From Mobula birostris (lineage: Eukaryota), in the NCBI RefSeq assembly GCF_030028105.1, contig NC_092372.1, forward strand, positions 117,426,997-117,490,996: 64,000 bases of DNA, written 5' to 3'. Both the position numbers and the translations under genes were made by a program. Shown one piece after another: positions 47,340-59,645 of this stretch (positions are counted from its first letter, which is position 1; each line of letters starts with the position of its first letter). The notes under the pieces are model-generated. The model had not been told where the DNA came from and searched no databases. It worked only from the letters and a program-made list of their open reading frames with translations.

Positions 47340-49655
47340 CTCATAATCTAAGAAGAATGTAGTAACCTGCCTCAATGACTATCATCCAGTAGCACTTACA
47401 TCCATTGTGATGAAGTATTTTGAGAGGTTGATGATGAAACATAGCAACTCCTGCCTGAGAAGTGACTTTGATCTGCTCCAGTTTGCCTAGCGTCACAACA
47501 GGTCCACAGCAGATGCCATTCCATTGACTCTTCACTCAACCCTGAAACATCTAGACAACGAAGATGCATACATCACGATATTTCTACTGACTACATCTAC
47601 ACATTTAATACTATCATTCCTTCAAAACTAATCAATAAGCTTTAAGACCTTGGCCTCAGTACCTCCTTGTGCAATTGGATCTTTGATTTCCTCACTTGCA
47701 GACCCCAGTCAATTCAGATTGGCAACAACATCTCCTCCACAAACTCCATCAGCACAGCTGCACCACGGGCTGTGTGCTTAGCCCCCTGCTCTACTCACTT
47801 TATACTTATGACTGTGAGGCTAAGCACAGCTCTAACGGTATATTTAGGTTTGCTGAAGACGCCGCTGTTGTTGGCCGAATCAAAGGTGATGATGAATCAG
47901 CATATAGGAGGGAGATTGAAAATCTGGCTGGGTGGTGCAACAATAACAATCTCCCTCTCATTGTCAGCAAGACCAAAGAGTTGATTATTGACTTCAGGAG
48001 GAAGAAACCAGAGGTCCATGAGCCAGTCCTTATCAGAGGATCAGAGGTGGAGAGGGTCAGCAACTTTAAATTCCTTGGTATTATTCATTTCAGAGGATCT
48101 GTCCTGGGCCCAACACTTATATGCCATTATGAAGAAAGCTCAGCAGTGACTCTACTTCCTTAGAAGTTTGTGAATACATATAATTCAGACAACGGTAGTA
48201 GAATCATTTCAAGCATGTATAACGGTTTGTCAAATCTTAAAACACATTCGACTTCATACATTAAAACAAAATGGGAGAAGGAGGAGGAATAATAATATCT
48301 GAGGAAGACTGGACAATAATATGGAGGTATCAATGGAAGTGTACCAGTTCACAGAAATGGAGGGAGTTCGTGTGGAAAAACTTGATAAGATATTTTATTA
48401 CACCCTCTCAGAAATCCATTATGATAGTAACCCCACTGTTTGCTGGAGAAATTGTGTAAAACAAAATGCAAACCATTATCATATTTTCTGGGAACTCCCC
48501 GTTATCAAAGACTATTGGAGTGGGACACATAATGCCCTACAAGAAATCTTTAAATGTGAAATACCCTTAGGGAGTAAGACCATATATTTTGGGTATATAC
48601 CTCAAGAATGGTTGAAAAGAGAAATATTTAATGAATATACTGCTGGTGGCTGGTAGAAAGACCCTTACCAGGAAATGGTTATCACAGGAGAGCTCAACTT
48701 TAAATGTATAGATGGAAATTACAATGGACATTTACAAAATGGAGAAGATAACAGCATCTGTTAATCATAAGTTGGAACAATTTTATTCATGCTGGAAAAA
48801 ATGGTTTAACTACATCACACCTCATAGGCCTGCTTTTATTCTCACAAGTCAATGAATATGTTATATAAAAAAAAGATCACTCCCTACTCTGTACATAGTT
48901 TTCTTCTTTCGATTGTTCTTTCTTTCCTCTCCTTTCTATAAGTATATACCTCAGATAAATGTTATGTGGAGATTTGTGACAAATATGATTATGTGATATA
49001 TATGTACAGTATCTGAAATACATCTTATGGAAATGTTTGTTTGATGATGAAATTCAATAAAAAATAAATCACCAAAAAAAAAAGTTTGTGAATATTTGGC
49101 ATGACATTTAAAACTTTGACTAACTTCTATAGATGTGTAGTGTTGAGTGGGTGCATCATGTCCTGGTATGCAAACACCAGTGCCCTTGAATGGAAATTCC
49201 TGCAGCCTAGTCCATCATGGGTAATGCCCTCCCCCCCCCCCCTCCAATGAGCACATCTACATGGAGAGCTTCATCAAGGGACGCACACTACTCAGGACTC
49301 ATACCACCATGTTCAGGAACAGTTATTACCTCTGAAGCATCAGGCTGTTGAACTGAAGGGATAACTTCACTCACTCCAGCACTGAACTGTTCCCACTACC
49401 TACGGACTCACTTTCAAGGACTCTTCATCTCATGTTCTCGATATTTATTGCTTATCTATTATTATTGTTATTTTTGTTCTCTTCTGCATTTGCGCAGTTT
49501 GTTGTCTTTTGTACATTGGTTGTCAGTGGTCTTTCATGGATTCTATTGTGTTTTTTGGATTTACTGTGTATGCCCGCAAGAAGACAAATCTCAGAGTTTT
49601 TATGGTTAATATATGTACTATATTATGGTTTTTGTATGTACTTTGATAATGAATT
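47340..49655 (+). mobile_element. Rex/Babar LINE interrupted by an L1-clade insertion
   Basis: [37 protein letters not shown] motifs; element resumes after 49082. Confidence 0.88.
48177..49081 (+). mobile_element. L1/Tx1-clade LINE 3' end with poly(A) tail and 13-bp TSD
   Basis: WREFVWKNLIRYFITP and CWRNC...HYHIFWE zinc-knuckle region; AATAAA plus A-tail; TSD AAGTTTGTGAATA at 48164-48176 and 49082-49094. Confidence 0.88.
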
Positions 49656-49797
49656 TATTTATCAGACTTTGCATATGAAGTATTAAATATCAGTGGTCTA
49701 TTATTTCAGTATGTTAACAATGTATTGTTGGCAATTTAAATCCAGCTGTAGGCTACAAAATTTCACTTTCCTGGAATTACAAGTGGCAAGCTTCAAC

Positions 49798-49980
49798 ATG
49801 GCTCCTCGGGACATAATGACGAACTCTCATGCCAAGTCCATTCTTAACACGATGAACTCCTTGAGGAAGAGTAACACCCTGTGCGATGTCACACTGCGAG
49901 TTGACAGCAAGGACTTTCCTGTGCATCGTATTGTGCTGGCAGCATGCAGTGATTACTTCTGTGCTATGTTCACCAGTGAG
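49798..49980 (+). CDS. KLHL12: KLHL12 first main coding exon (BTB start; acceptor probably at 49783/49784)
   Basis: [61 protein letters not shown]; donor GAG|gtaagc. Confidence 0.95.
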
Positions 49981-51374
49981 GTAAGCAGGTAGTCTGTAGC
50001 TGATGGATTCTTCTCTGTTATGTTGGTAGAGGGGCAGGTTCATTGTCTACTCTTGTTAGTACTGTCACTTTGTCAATATGGCATCTTAAGATAGAGTTGT
50101 CTATGCAGTATTAATAGTTTTATCTTAGCAAGAGAAGTTCCATGTAGTGCATTGGACTGTAACTTTGGGAGGCTGCTCTTAGTGACCAACTGATAGTAAT
50201 GAGCTATCAGAATTTGGAAGGCACCTAATTAGTCTAGTGCTTCTGTACTACTACTGTTCAAATACAAAACTTGAGGTGTCGCAATCTTTGTTGACTTCAA
50301 ACATTTATCCCTAAAAAAAATATGATAGTCTCTGCTTCAATAGTTTCCTCCATTGATGTTTTCTATCTTGCTTCTCACTGTGGTGACGTTAGATAGGCTT
50401 TAGGCGAGGTAGTTCTGCTTGATTTCATACCTGATGACCAAGCTCTTATCTAGACTAGGAACTTGGATTGCACTTCCTCAAAAACACTCTTAATGCTTAG
50501 GCACCAAAATTTTAATAGATTTTGTTAGATAAGAAGTTAGTGGGAAATGAAAACAAGGCAGATAAATGGAGTTAAAATTTGAATCAGTCATGATCTGACT
50601 GAACGATGGAGCTGCAACTTCAGTTCTGTGTTTCTAACTTTACAATTTGATTGGATTCTGCTGCTGAAAGAAATAGCATTTGATTCAGTAGCAGGGCATC
50701 AGCCAGGCATATGCTGTTATCTTCTACTATATTACCATGTTGCTATGTAGTAGACAAAAAGGGTGTAATTTACTTCCTTCATTACCTTTTAATTCATTCT
50801 GTCTGGCTCTTGCCAGAGAAGTTATTTTTATTTAAAACCATAGAAAATAGAAGAGAAATTATATGAGAGCATCATTTAAAAGCTGTAGAATATAGGTTGT
50901 GAAAATATCATTGAAGTATGTTACTGAAATAGTGCTGGGGAAAAGTACTTGCAGTGAGAATTGTTCATCCTTGTTGAGAAAAATTGCTTTTGAAAACATT
51001 CTAAATTTAAGAAAACACCTCAAAGCATTTTGATGAATGACTCTAGTTAAATTCTGGGTACTATTTGTAGCACTGTTATTAACTAGCGTAAAACATTAAC
51101 TGGTAGAAGTGTTTTTAACCCCTTCCCTTAATGGATTGCTAAATCCTTCTCTGAGATTGCAGTATGTGACTGCACAAGAGTTGAGGCATTTGCACAATGA
51201 TGAATTTCTTTCCTTTATCAAGTTCTTTTTGTTCAAAAAGGAGAACTCATTAGGTTTCTTCAAATTCTGGTTAGAAATTGTTCTTCTCCATCCAACAGTA
51301 AAATCTGTTTTTCCCTCTTATTCCTTAGCTAATCATTACTAATTTTCAGGGGTAGCTAGGTAACATGTATTAAT

Positions 51375-52155
51375 GAGGCACAAGGGTTCTGGAAATCTGG
51401 AGCTACACCAACAAAATGCAGGATGAAAAGTAAATCATGCAGCATCTGTGGAAGAAAATAAAACAATGGATGTTTTGGTTCGAGGACCTTCATTAGGAAT
51501 GGAAAGAAAGAGGGCAGAAGCTAGAAAATAGGGTATGTGGAGGCAAGGAGCATGAGCTGGTGTGTAATAGGTGAATCCAGGTGAGAGGTGAGAAGGGGAA
51601 GTAGGAAGGTGGGGGGAATAGGGGAAAGGAAAGATATGAGAATTCCCTCTGGTTTCCCACCTCCTTCCCTTTATTCCATGGTCTGCTGTCTTCTATCAGA
51701 TACCTCTCCTCCATCCCTTGCCTTTTCCATCTACTCCCTTCCAGCTTTTCACATCATTCATTTCCACACAAACCCTTCCCACTTTCCAACCTTACCATCC
51801 CTCACCTGATCTACCTGTCATCTGCCAGTTCATGCTCCTTTCCCACCCTACCCTTTTATTCTGGCATCTGCCCTCTTTCTTTCTGATCTTGAAGGATCTT
51901 GGCCCAAAACTTCAACTGTTTATTTGCTACCATTGATGTTGCCTGACCTGTTGTGTTCCTCCAATATTTTGTAACATGAATTAAATCTTAATAACACACA
52001 GAGTGCTGGAGAAACACATCATGTCAGGGCAGCATCTGTGGAGAGAAATGGACAGTCGACATTCTTGTTGAGACCCTTCAACTGGACCCTTTGTCTCCTG
52101 TCCACTTATATCCATAGCTGTTCCTCTCGTGCTTTTTGTATTGCTCCAAAGTCTA
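51375..52155. mobile_element. Two adjacent Penelope-like elements with inverted ends
   Basis: Purine-rich then pyrimidine-rich halves (51375-51975); GCAGCATCTGTGGA and GAGACCCTTCA motifs; another fragment at 52555-52645. Confidence 0.6.
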
Positions 52156-53129
52156 TTATCTGCAGTCTCTTGTATCTTCTAAGTCCTTTGTAAGACCCTT
52201 TGATTGCAAGCTGATGTTTTATATATATATATATATATATCTAAAAGAGGTGGGCAAATTGAGTAAAAATGTTAAGCAACTCTTTTCAACTCGTGAATTC
52301 AGAGGCAGGGCTTTGTCAGTATAAATGTTCTCTAAGCTAGCTATTCCCAATTGTATGGGCTAAAATACTGCACTGTATGATGATCTTTGAATAAAGTAAG
52401 CAGCACAATGGTTATATTGATGAATAGCGAATCCAAATGCATGGATTAATAGTCCAGAGAATGCTCATTTGCATTTACCAGTGTGTAAATTCTAACTCTG
52501 AAATACCTGTTGACAATAAAAGCAACTTGACTATATTGGATTTTTGTAAACCCATCAAGGAAGGGTTTCAGCCTGAAACGTCTACTGTTTGTTCATTTCC
52601 GTGGATGCTGCTTGACCTGCTGAATTCCTCAAGCATTTGTGTATGCTAATTAGCAATGTTTGGGAAGTAACACTTTTGTCCCTTTTGGGATTGAGTGGTC
52701 GCACAGCCAAATCGGTAACTCTTAACTCTTCATGAAGTGGTTGGAGTGGTTGAGTGAACCTTTCAATGGAATTCAGATCTCACCATTTGCCTGGGAAGCA
52801 AACCCACATATTTCGGGCAGTGAAGAACGAGTAATTGATGCATTGCCAGCTAAATGCTAGATATGACAAATGTTTTAAACCTTCATTGAAAACACAACAT
52901 GTTGGATGTATTCAATCAAGCAGGCAGTGTCTGGGAACAAAGAAAAGGAGACAACATTTTCAGCATCAGTAGAGCAGTGTTTGTGGATATTTTCCAGTGT
53001 GCAAGTGTGGGAAGTCTGACCCAGCAGGATGGGTGAGCATGAAGGTGGTTTGTTTCTGTAGAAATTATACACTACTGAGATTGGTTAAGTCACTACACTC
53101 TTTTTGAGCCTCTCTTCATTTCCTTGCAG

Positions 53130-53283
53130 CTTTCAGAGAAGAGTAAACCTGATGTTGATATCCAGGGTCTGACAGCCTCCACCATGGAGATTCTACTGGA
53201 CTTTGTGTACACAGAAACGGTTCATGTCACCGTGGAGAATGTCCAGGAACTACTTCCTGCAGCTTGCCTCCTTCAGCTGAAAG
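53130..53283 (+). CDS. KLHL12: KLHL12 coding exon (BTB)
   Basis: ttgcag|CTT; [51 protein letters not shown](G); 154 nt. Confidence 0.97.
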
Positions 53284-53888
53284 GTGAGCTTTCATCTCCA
53301 TTCTACTGCTCTGGTAAAAAAATATCAAGGCATATGGTATGAAACCATTCTTATACTTGTGCTTCACTGGTGCAAAGAATCACTCATGGCCACCTCTAAT
53401 TCAGAAGAATCAACGTTGTTGTATGGTGGCTCTTCTAATCCTGGATTCTATCAACAAGGTTTACAGCCAAACACATAATCATAGAATGTCGTCTCATTTG
53501 CTGTGGAGGGAAGCAGGGGAGTTTGCAAACCAGAGTCTCATCTTACAGCAGTGAAAGAGTGAACCTATTTTGAAATTTCAGGCTGGCAATAAAACCAATT
53601 TAGTACATCCAGTTGGGAAGATAAACATGACAATTTAATATCTCATATGAATACAGCACCTCAGTGCAGACTTCTCCCTATGTTTCATGGATTGTTTGCC
53701 TCTGAGCTTTAATTCAGAATTTTCTGAGATGAAGGTGATTGCATAAGGCAGGGCTGACACTTCAGACTCTGCTTCTGTCTATAGAGTATCATTTACCTGC
53801 TGAAGGCACAGACAGGGATCCTGAATACCAGCACTGAGATACGGCCATTCCTTCATGAGGTCAGTGTCTTTTGTATAATTTTCTCTAG

Positions 53889-54106
53889 GTGTGAAGCAGG
53901 CTTGCTGTGAATTCTTGGAGAGTCAGTTAGACCCATCCAACTGCTTGGGAATCCAAGAGTTTGCCGAAACTCACAGCTGTGTGGATCTGATGCAGGCTGC
54001 AGAAGTGTTCAGCCAGAAGAACTTCCCAGAAGTAGTGCAGCATGAAGAATTCATGCTTCTAAATAAGGAGGAAGTGGAAAAACTCATCAGGTGTGATGAG
54101 ATTCAG
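53889..54106 (+). CDS. KLHL12: KLHL12 coding exon (BACK domain); gene continues beyond the window
   Basis: ctctag|GT; [54 protein letters not shown]...CDEIQ; donor CAG|gtgagt; 218 nt. Confidence 0.97.
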
Positions 54107-54132
54107 GTGAGTCCTTTGCATTTCAAACTAAA

Positions 54133-54450
54133 GCATTGTGTGGCCAAGTGGTTAAGGTGTTTGTCTAGTGATTTGAAGGTCGCTAGTTCAAGCCTTGGCT
54201 GAGGCAGCGTGTGTGTCTTTGAGCAAGGCACTTAACCACACATTGCTCTGCGACGACACAGGTGCCAAGCTGTATGGGTCCTAATGGGTCCTGTATGGGC
54301 CCTTGGACAACATCGGTGGTGTGGAGAGGGGAGACTTGCAGCATGGGCAACTGCTGGTCTTCCATACAACCTTGCCCAGGCCTGTGCCCTGGAAACCTCC
54401 CAAGGTGCAAATCCGTGGTCTCATGAGACTAATGGATGCCTGAAAAAAAG
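54133..54450 (+). mobile_element. tRNA-derived CORE-type SINE
   Basis: A box TGGCCAAGTGG (54141), B box GTTCAAGCC (54186), core TTGAGCAAGGCACTTAACC, A-rich tail. Confidence 0.8.
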
Positions 54451-54734
54451 AAAACAATGAGCAGCAATATGAAATAATAATTACTCAGGGAGGAGAGTAA
54501 TTCAACATTTAATCTACCTTCTGCTCCATTGATGTGCCTTCTTAATATCAGAGAAATGTGAAACCGGGATGAATAAATAGTACTTGAGAAATTATTAGGT
54601 TGGACAAAGCTTGAAATTTGGAATTAGGGTGATTAAAAGATGTCACAGTGAATTAGCAACAATGTATTCAGGAGACTAAGAGAATGGGTAATTCCTTTTG
54701 TCAGTAAAATCTGATTACACTAGAGTCCAAAAGA

Positions 54735-56345
54735 GTGGGAGGAGAATTACGATGCTATAAGGCAGATATTTGGGAGCATAATTTAGGAACAGATATTCAG
54801 GGAATTGCACAACAGTAATGTGGGGGTTGTTTAGGAGCACTTGCATGGGTTTCTGGATAGGTTTGTCCCACTGAAGCAGGGAAAGGATGGTAGGGTGAAG
54901 AAACCATGATTGACAAGAGATATGGAATATATAGTGAAGAGGAAGATTGAAGCTTACTTAAGATTTAGGAAGGAAGGATCAGACAGGTCTCTAGAGAGTT
55001 ACAAGGTAGCCAAGAAGGAGCTGAAGAATGTATTTAGGAGAGCTAGAGAGGGCATGAGAAGGCCCGGGTGAATAGGATTAAGGAAAAACCCCAAGGTGTT
55101 CTTACATGTATGTGAAAATCAGGAAGATAACTAGAGTGAGGGTAGGACCAAGAGAGATAGAAGAGGAAACGTGGCTGATATTGGAAGAGGTAGTAAATGA
55201 ATACCTGGCTTCAGTATTCACCAGTGAGAGGGATCATGATGTTTGTGAGGACAGCATAAAGCAGCTAATATGCTAGAACACGTCAGCATTAAGAAAGAGA
55301 ATGTGCTGGAACTTTTGAAAAACATTAAGATAGATAAATCCCCAGGGCTGAACGGGATATACCCCAGGTTTCTGCAGGAAGAGACTGCTGTACCTTTGGC
55401 AATGATCTTGGCATCCTCACTGGATACGGAGCTAATATCTAAGGATTGGAGAGTAGGGAATTATTTTCCATTGTTTGAGAAAGGGGTAGGAATAACCCTG
55501 GGAATTGTAGACGTGAGTCTTACTTCAGCAGTAGGCAAATTATTGGAGAACGTTCTTAGAGGCAGGATCTACAAGCATTTGGAGAAGCATAGTCTGAATA
55601 GGGATAGTCAGCATGGCTTTCAGAGGGGTAGGTCATGCTTCAGGAACCTGATTGAATTCTTTGAGGATGTGACAAAGCACATTGATGAATGGATGTTTGC
55701 ATGTGGTGTATATGGATGTTAATAAGGCATTCAGTAAGGTTCCTCGTGGTAAAGTCATACAGAAAATCAGGCAGCATGGGATCCAGGGGGTTCAGAATTC
55801 GCTTGTCCACAAAGGCAGAGGGTGGTTATAAATGGAGTGCTTTCTGCCTGGAGGTCGGTGACCAGTGGTGCTCTGCAGGGACCTTCTGGGCCTCCTGCTC
55901 TTTGTGATCTTGATAAATGACTTGGTTGAGGAAGCAGAAGAATGTATTAGTAAGTTTGCAGATGACACAAAGGTTGATGGAGTTGTAGATAATCTAGAAG
56001 GTTGTCAGAGGTTACAACAGGAAGACTTTGAGAGAGCTGAGCTGAGAAGTGGTAGATGGAGTTCAATCTAGAAAAGTGTGAACTGATAACAGTCCGAAAG
56101 TTCAAATTTGAAGGCAGAGATGGGGTTAATGGCAGGATCTTAGCAGTTTGAAGGAACAGAGGGATCTTGGGGCTCACTCCCATAGATATCTCAGAGTTGC
56201 CTCGCAAGTTGCCAGGGTGGTTAAGAGGGCATATAGCATGTTGATCTTCATTCGTCAGGTGATTGAGTTCAAGAGTCGCAAGGTAATGTTGCAGCTCGAT
56301 AAAGCCCTGGTTAGACCACACTTGAAATATTGTGTTCAGTTCTGC
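54735..56345 (+). mobile_element. CR1 LINE ORF2 fragment
   Basis: DKSPGLNGIYPR, SQHGFQRGRSC..NLIEFFE, SKFADDTK, LVRPHLKYCVQF. Confidence 0.92.
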
Positions 56346-57638
56346 TAGTTCAAGTTCGAGTGCCTTAGGTGATAAACCCGATCTCCTCAAACTCCTAATG
56401 AATACAGCTGCTTTCTTGCCTTCTTTATAGCTGCATCAATATATTGGGACCAGGTTAAAGGCTTAGAGATCTTGACACCCAGGAACTTGAAATTGCTCAC
56501 CCTCTCCACTTCTGATCCCTCTATGGGAATTGGTTTGTGTTCCTTCGTCTTACCCTTCCTGAAGTCCACAATCAGCTCTTTGGTCTTGCTGACGTTGAGT
56601 GCAAACCTGTTGCTGCAACACCACTCAACTAACTGGTGTAGCTTGTTCATGTACACCCTTTTGTCACCATCTGAAATTCTGTCAGCAATGGTTGTATCAC
56701 CAGCAAAATTATAAATGCTGTTTGAGCATCTATATTCAATATGTTGTGTGGGCATGTGACCAAGTGGTTAAGGCATTCGACTCGCGATCTGAAGGTTGAG
56801 CCCCAGTGTGTTGTGTCCTTGAGCAAGGCACTTAACTACACAGTGCTTTGCGATGACACTGGTGCCAAGCTGTATCGGCCCTTGCCCTTCCCTTGGACAA
56901 CATCAGTGTCGTGGAGAAGGGAGACTTGCAGCATGGGCAACTGCCGGCCTTTCATACAACCTTGCCCAGGTCTGCGCCCTGGAGAGTGAAGACTTTCCAG
57001 GCGCAGATCCATGGTCTCGCAAGACTAACGGATGCAAAAAAAAATTCAGTATATTGGGATCAGGTTAGATGTTCAGAGATGTTGACACCCAGGAACTTGA
57101 AATCTCTCTCTCTCTGTCTCCCCACCATCCCCCATCCCCTTCCTCTCCCCTCTCTCTCTCCTCCCCCTCCCTCCTCCCCCCCCCTTTCCTCTGATCACCT
57201 AAAACACTCAAACTTCAACTAGCAGTAGAAGTACCACAGAGAGCCTTCTGACTAGCTACATCACCATCTGGTGAGGGGGGGTGGGGGGCAGTTACTGCAC
57301 AGAATTGAAGTAACTGCAGAGAATAGTAAAATCAGTCAGCTCCACCATTGGTTCCAGCCTCCGTAGTATCCAAGACATCTCCAAGGAGTGGTGCCTCAGA
57401 AAGGCAGCATCCATCAGTAAGAACACCCATCACCCAGAAAATGCCCTCTCCTCATCCTTATCATCAGGACGGAGGTACAGAAGCCTGAAGGCATACACTC
57501 AGCAATTCAGGAACCATTTCTTTCCCTCTGTCATCTGATTTCTCAACGGACATTGAACCCATGAACACTACCTCACTACATTTTTATTATTTCTGTTTTT
57601 GCACTACTTATTTTAATTAACTACTTAATATCCATTTA
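56343..57638. mobile_element. Rearranged Rex/Babar LINE: RT part on minus (56343-56740), 3' part on plus (57194-57638, tail continues 59161-59280)
   Basis: Minus ORF 56387-56755 has KTKELIVDFRK; the plus-strand continuation matches 8725-9120. Confidence 0.75.
56750..57043 (+). mobile_element. tRNA-derived CORE-type SINE, second copy
   Basis: TGACCAAGTGGTTAAGG, GTCCTTGAGCAAGGCACTTAAC; collinear with 54133-54450; A tail. Confidence 0.8.
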
Positions 57639-59158
57639 CAGTAAACACTGTACAATTTCCTCTATTTCTGCATAAATATGACCTAAAATGTGATCAGATT
57701 GTCATGTGTCCTAAAACTAGATAAAGAGAACACAATTAAATAATACCACAAGAAACATTACACTTGTTCACTTAATTATTGAGAAAAATGATCCAATATT
57801 ATACGTATTTGTTGGAAAAAGTATGTGAATCTTTGCTTTCAGTAACTGGTGTGACCCCTTTGTACAGCAATAACTTCAACCAAACGTTCCCGGTAACTGG
57901 TGATCAGTCCTGCACATCGGCTCGGAGGAATTTTAGGCCATTCCTCCTTACAAAGCTGCTTCATCTCTGGGATGTTGCAGGGCTTCCTTGCATGAGCTAC
58001 TTGCTTCAGGTCCTTCCACCACATTTCTGTAGGATTCAGGTCCAAAACACAAATTTTCTTCTTTCTAAACCATTCTGTTGTTGATTTACTCTTGTGTTTC
58101 AGATCAATGTCTTGTTGCATTATCTAACTTCTATTGACCTACAGCTGACGACTGCTACCCTGACATGCTCCTGTTAAATGTCTTGATACAATTTTGAATT
58201 CATTGTTCCCTCACTGATTTGCAAGCTGTCCAGGCCCTGAGGCAGCAAAGCAGCCCAAAACCGTGATGCTCCTTCCACCATGCTTCACAGTTGGGATGAG
58301 GTTTTGATGTTGGTGCGCAGTGCCTTTTTTCCTCTAAACATAGCAATGTGTATTTCTGTCAAAAAGTTCAACCTTTGTCTTATCTATCCACAGAACATTG
58401 TCCCAGAAGCATTATAGAACATCCAGGTGGTCTTTTGCAAACTTGAGACATGCAGCAAAGGTTTTTTTTTGGAGAGAAGTGTCCTTCCATGAGCACCATT
58501 CTTGTTCAGTGTTATTCTTATAGTGGACACATGAACAGAGACTTTAGCAAGTTCCAGAGATTTCTGCAGGTTTTTTGTTGTTACCCTTGGATTCTTTCCA
58601 CCTCCTTCAGCATTGCACATTGGCACACCTCTTGGTGTGATCTTTGCAGGATGCCCACTGCTAGGGAGAGTAGCAACAGTACTGAGCTTCCTCCATTGGT
58701 AGACAATTTTTCTTGCTGTGAACTGATGAACACTCAGGTCTTTAGAAATGTTCTTGTAGCCTTTTCCAGCTTCATGGATCTTTACAATTCTTCTTCTAAG
58801 GTCCTCTGAAAGTTGTTTTGATTAAGGCATGGTGCACATAAACAGACCTTTTTTGAGGAGAGCAGGCTGCGTCAGTAACCTGACTTTTTGACTTTTTAAT
58901 GGGGCAGGACTCTTGTCCAATCTCATCTCATTGATTGGAAGGAACACCTGACTCCAAGTAGTAGAAGGCGTTACTTCAGAGGTTCACATACTTTTTCCAA
59001 CAAATACGTGTAATATTGGATCACTTTTCTCAATTATTAAATAAGTCAACAAGTATAATGCTTATTGTGTTATTTATTTAATTGGGTTCTCTTTATCTAG
59101 TTTTAGGACGCAAAATAGAGAAAATTCCATAGGGTTCACAAACTTTGTAGCACCACTG
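57639..59158 (-). mobile_element. Tc1/mariner (IR-DR type) DNA transposon, ~1.5 kb, defective transposase
   Basis: TA|CAGT...CACTG|TA ends; ~190-bp inverted terminal regions (57639-57830 / 58983-59158); transposase remnants KNPRVT..LQKSL, QQD..KHKSKST, DLNPTEM.W, CKEEWPKIP. Confidence 0.92.
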
Positions 59159-59552
59159 TATATACTTACTGTAATTCAGTTTTTTTTCCCTGTATTTATT
59201 ATGTATTGCATTGTACTGCTGCTGCAAAGTTAACACCTTTACTGGAGATACTAAACCTGATTCTGGTTCCGATTCTGAAAGTTTGTGGATGATACAAAGG
59301 TAGGTAGAAGGACAGGTAGACACATGGGTGTAGTTGGGTAGTGAGGGCTCATTGAATCGGAGGGGCTGTTATCATGCTATATCTCTAAAGCTTCTTTACA
59401 ATAAGACCATAAAACATTGGAGCAGAGTTAGGTAATTTGGTCCACGAGTCTGCTCCACTATTCAGCCATGGCTGATCATTTCTCCCCCTCCTCTGCCCCA
59501 CTGCTCGGCCTTCTCCCTGTAACCTTTGATGCTGTGGCCAATCAAGAACCTA

Positions 59553-59645
59553 GCCATTCCACCTTAAATACACCTAATGACCTGCCATTCCACCTTAAAT
59601 ACACCTAATGACCTGCCATTCCACCTTAAATACACCTAATGACCT
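59553..59645. repeat. 31-bp perfect tandem triplication inside the CR1 3' end
   Basis: GCCATTCCACCTTAAATACACCTAATGACCT at 59553, 59584, 59615. Confidence 0.95.

Noticed and set aside
54133-54200. tRNA gene (also 56750-56800)
   Set aside because: A and B boxes are present but there is no complete cloverleaf; the sequence continues into a SINE core and tail found in two copies.
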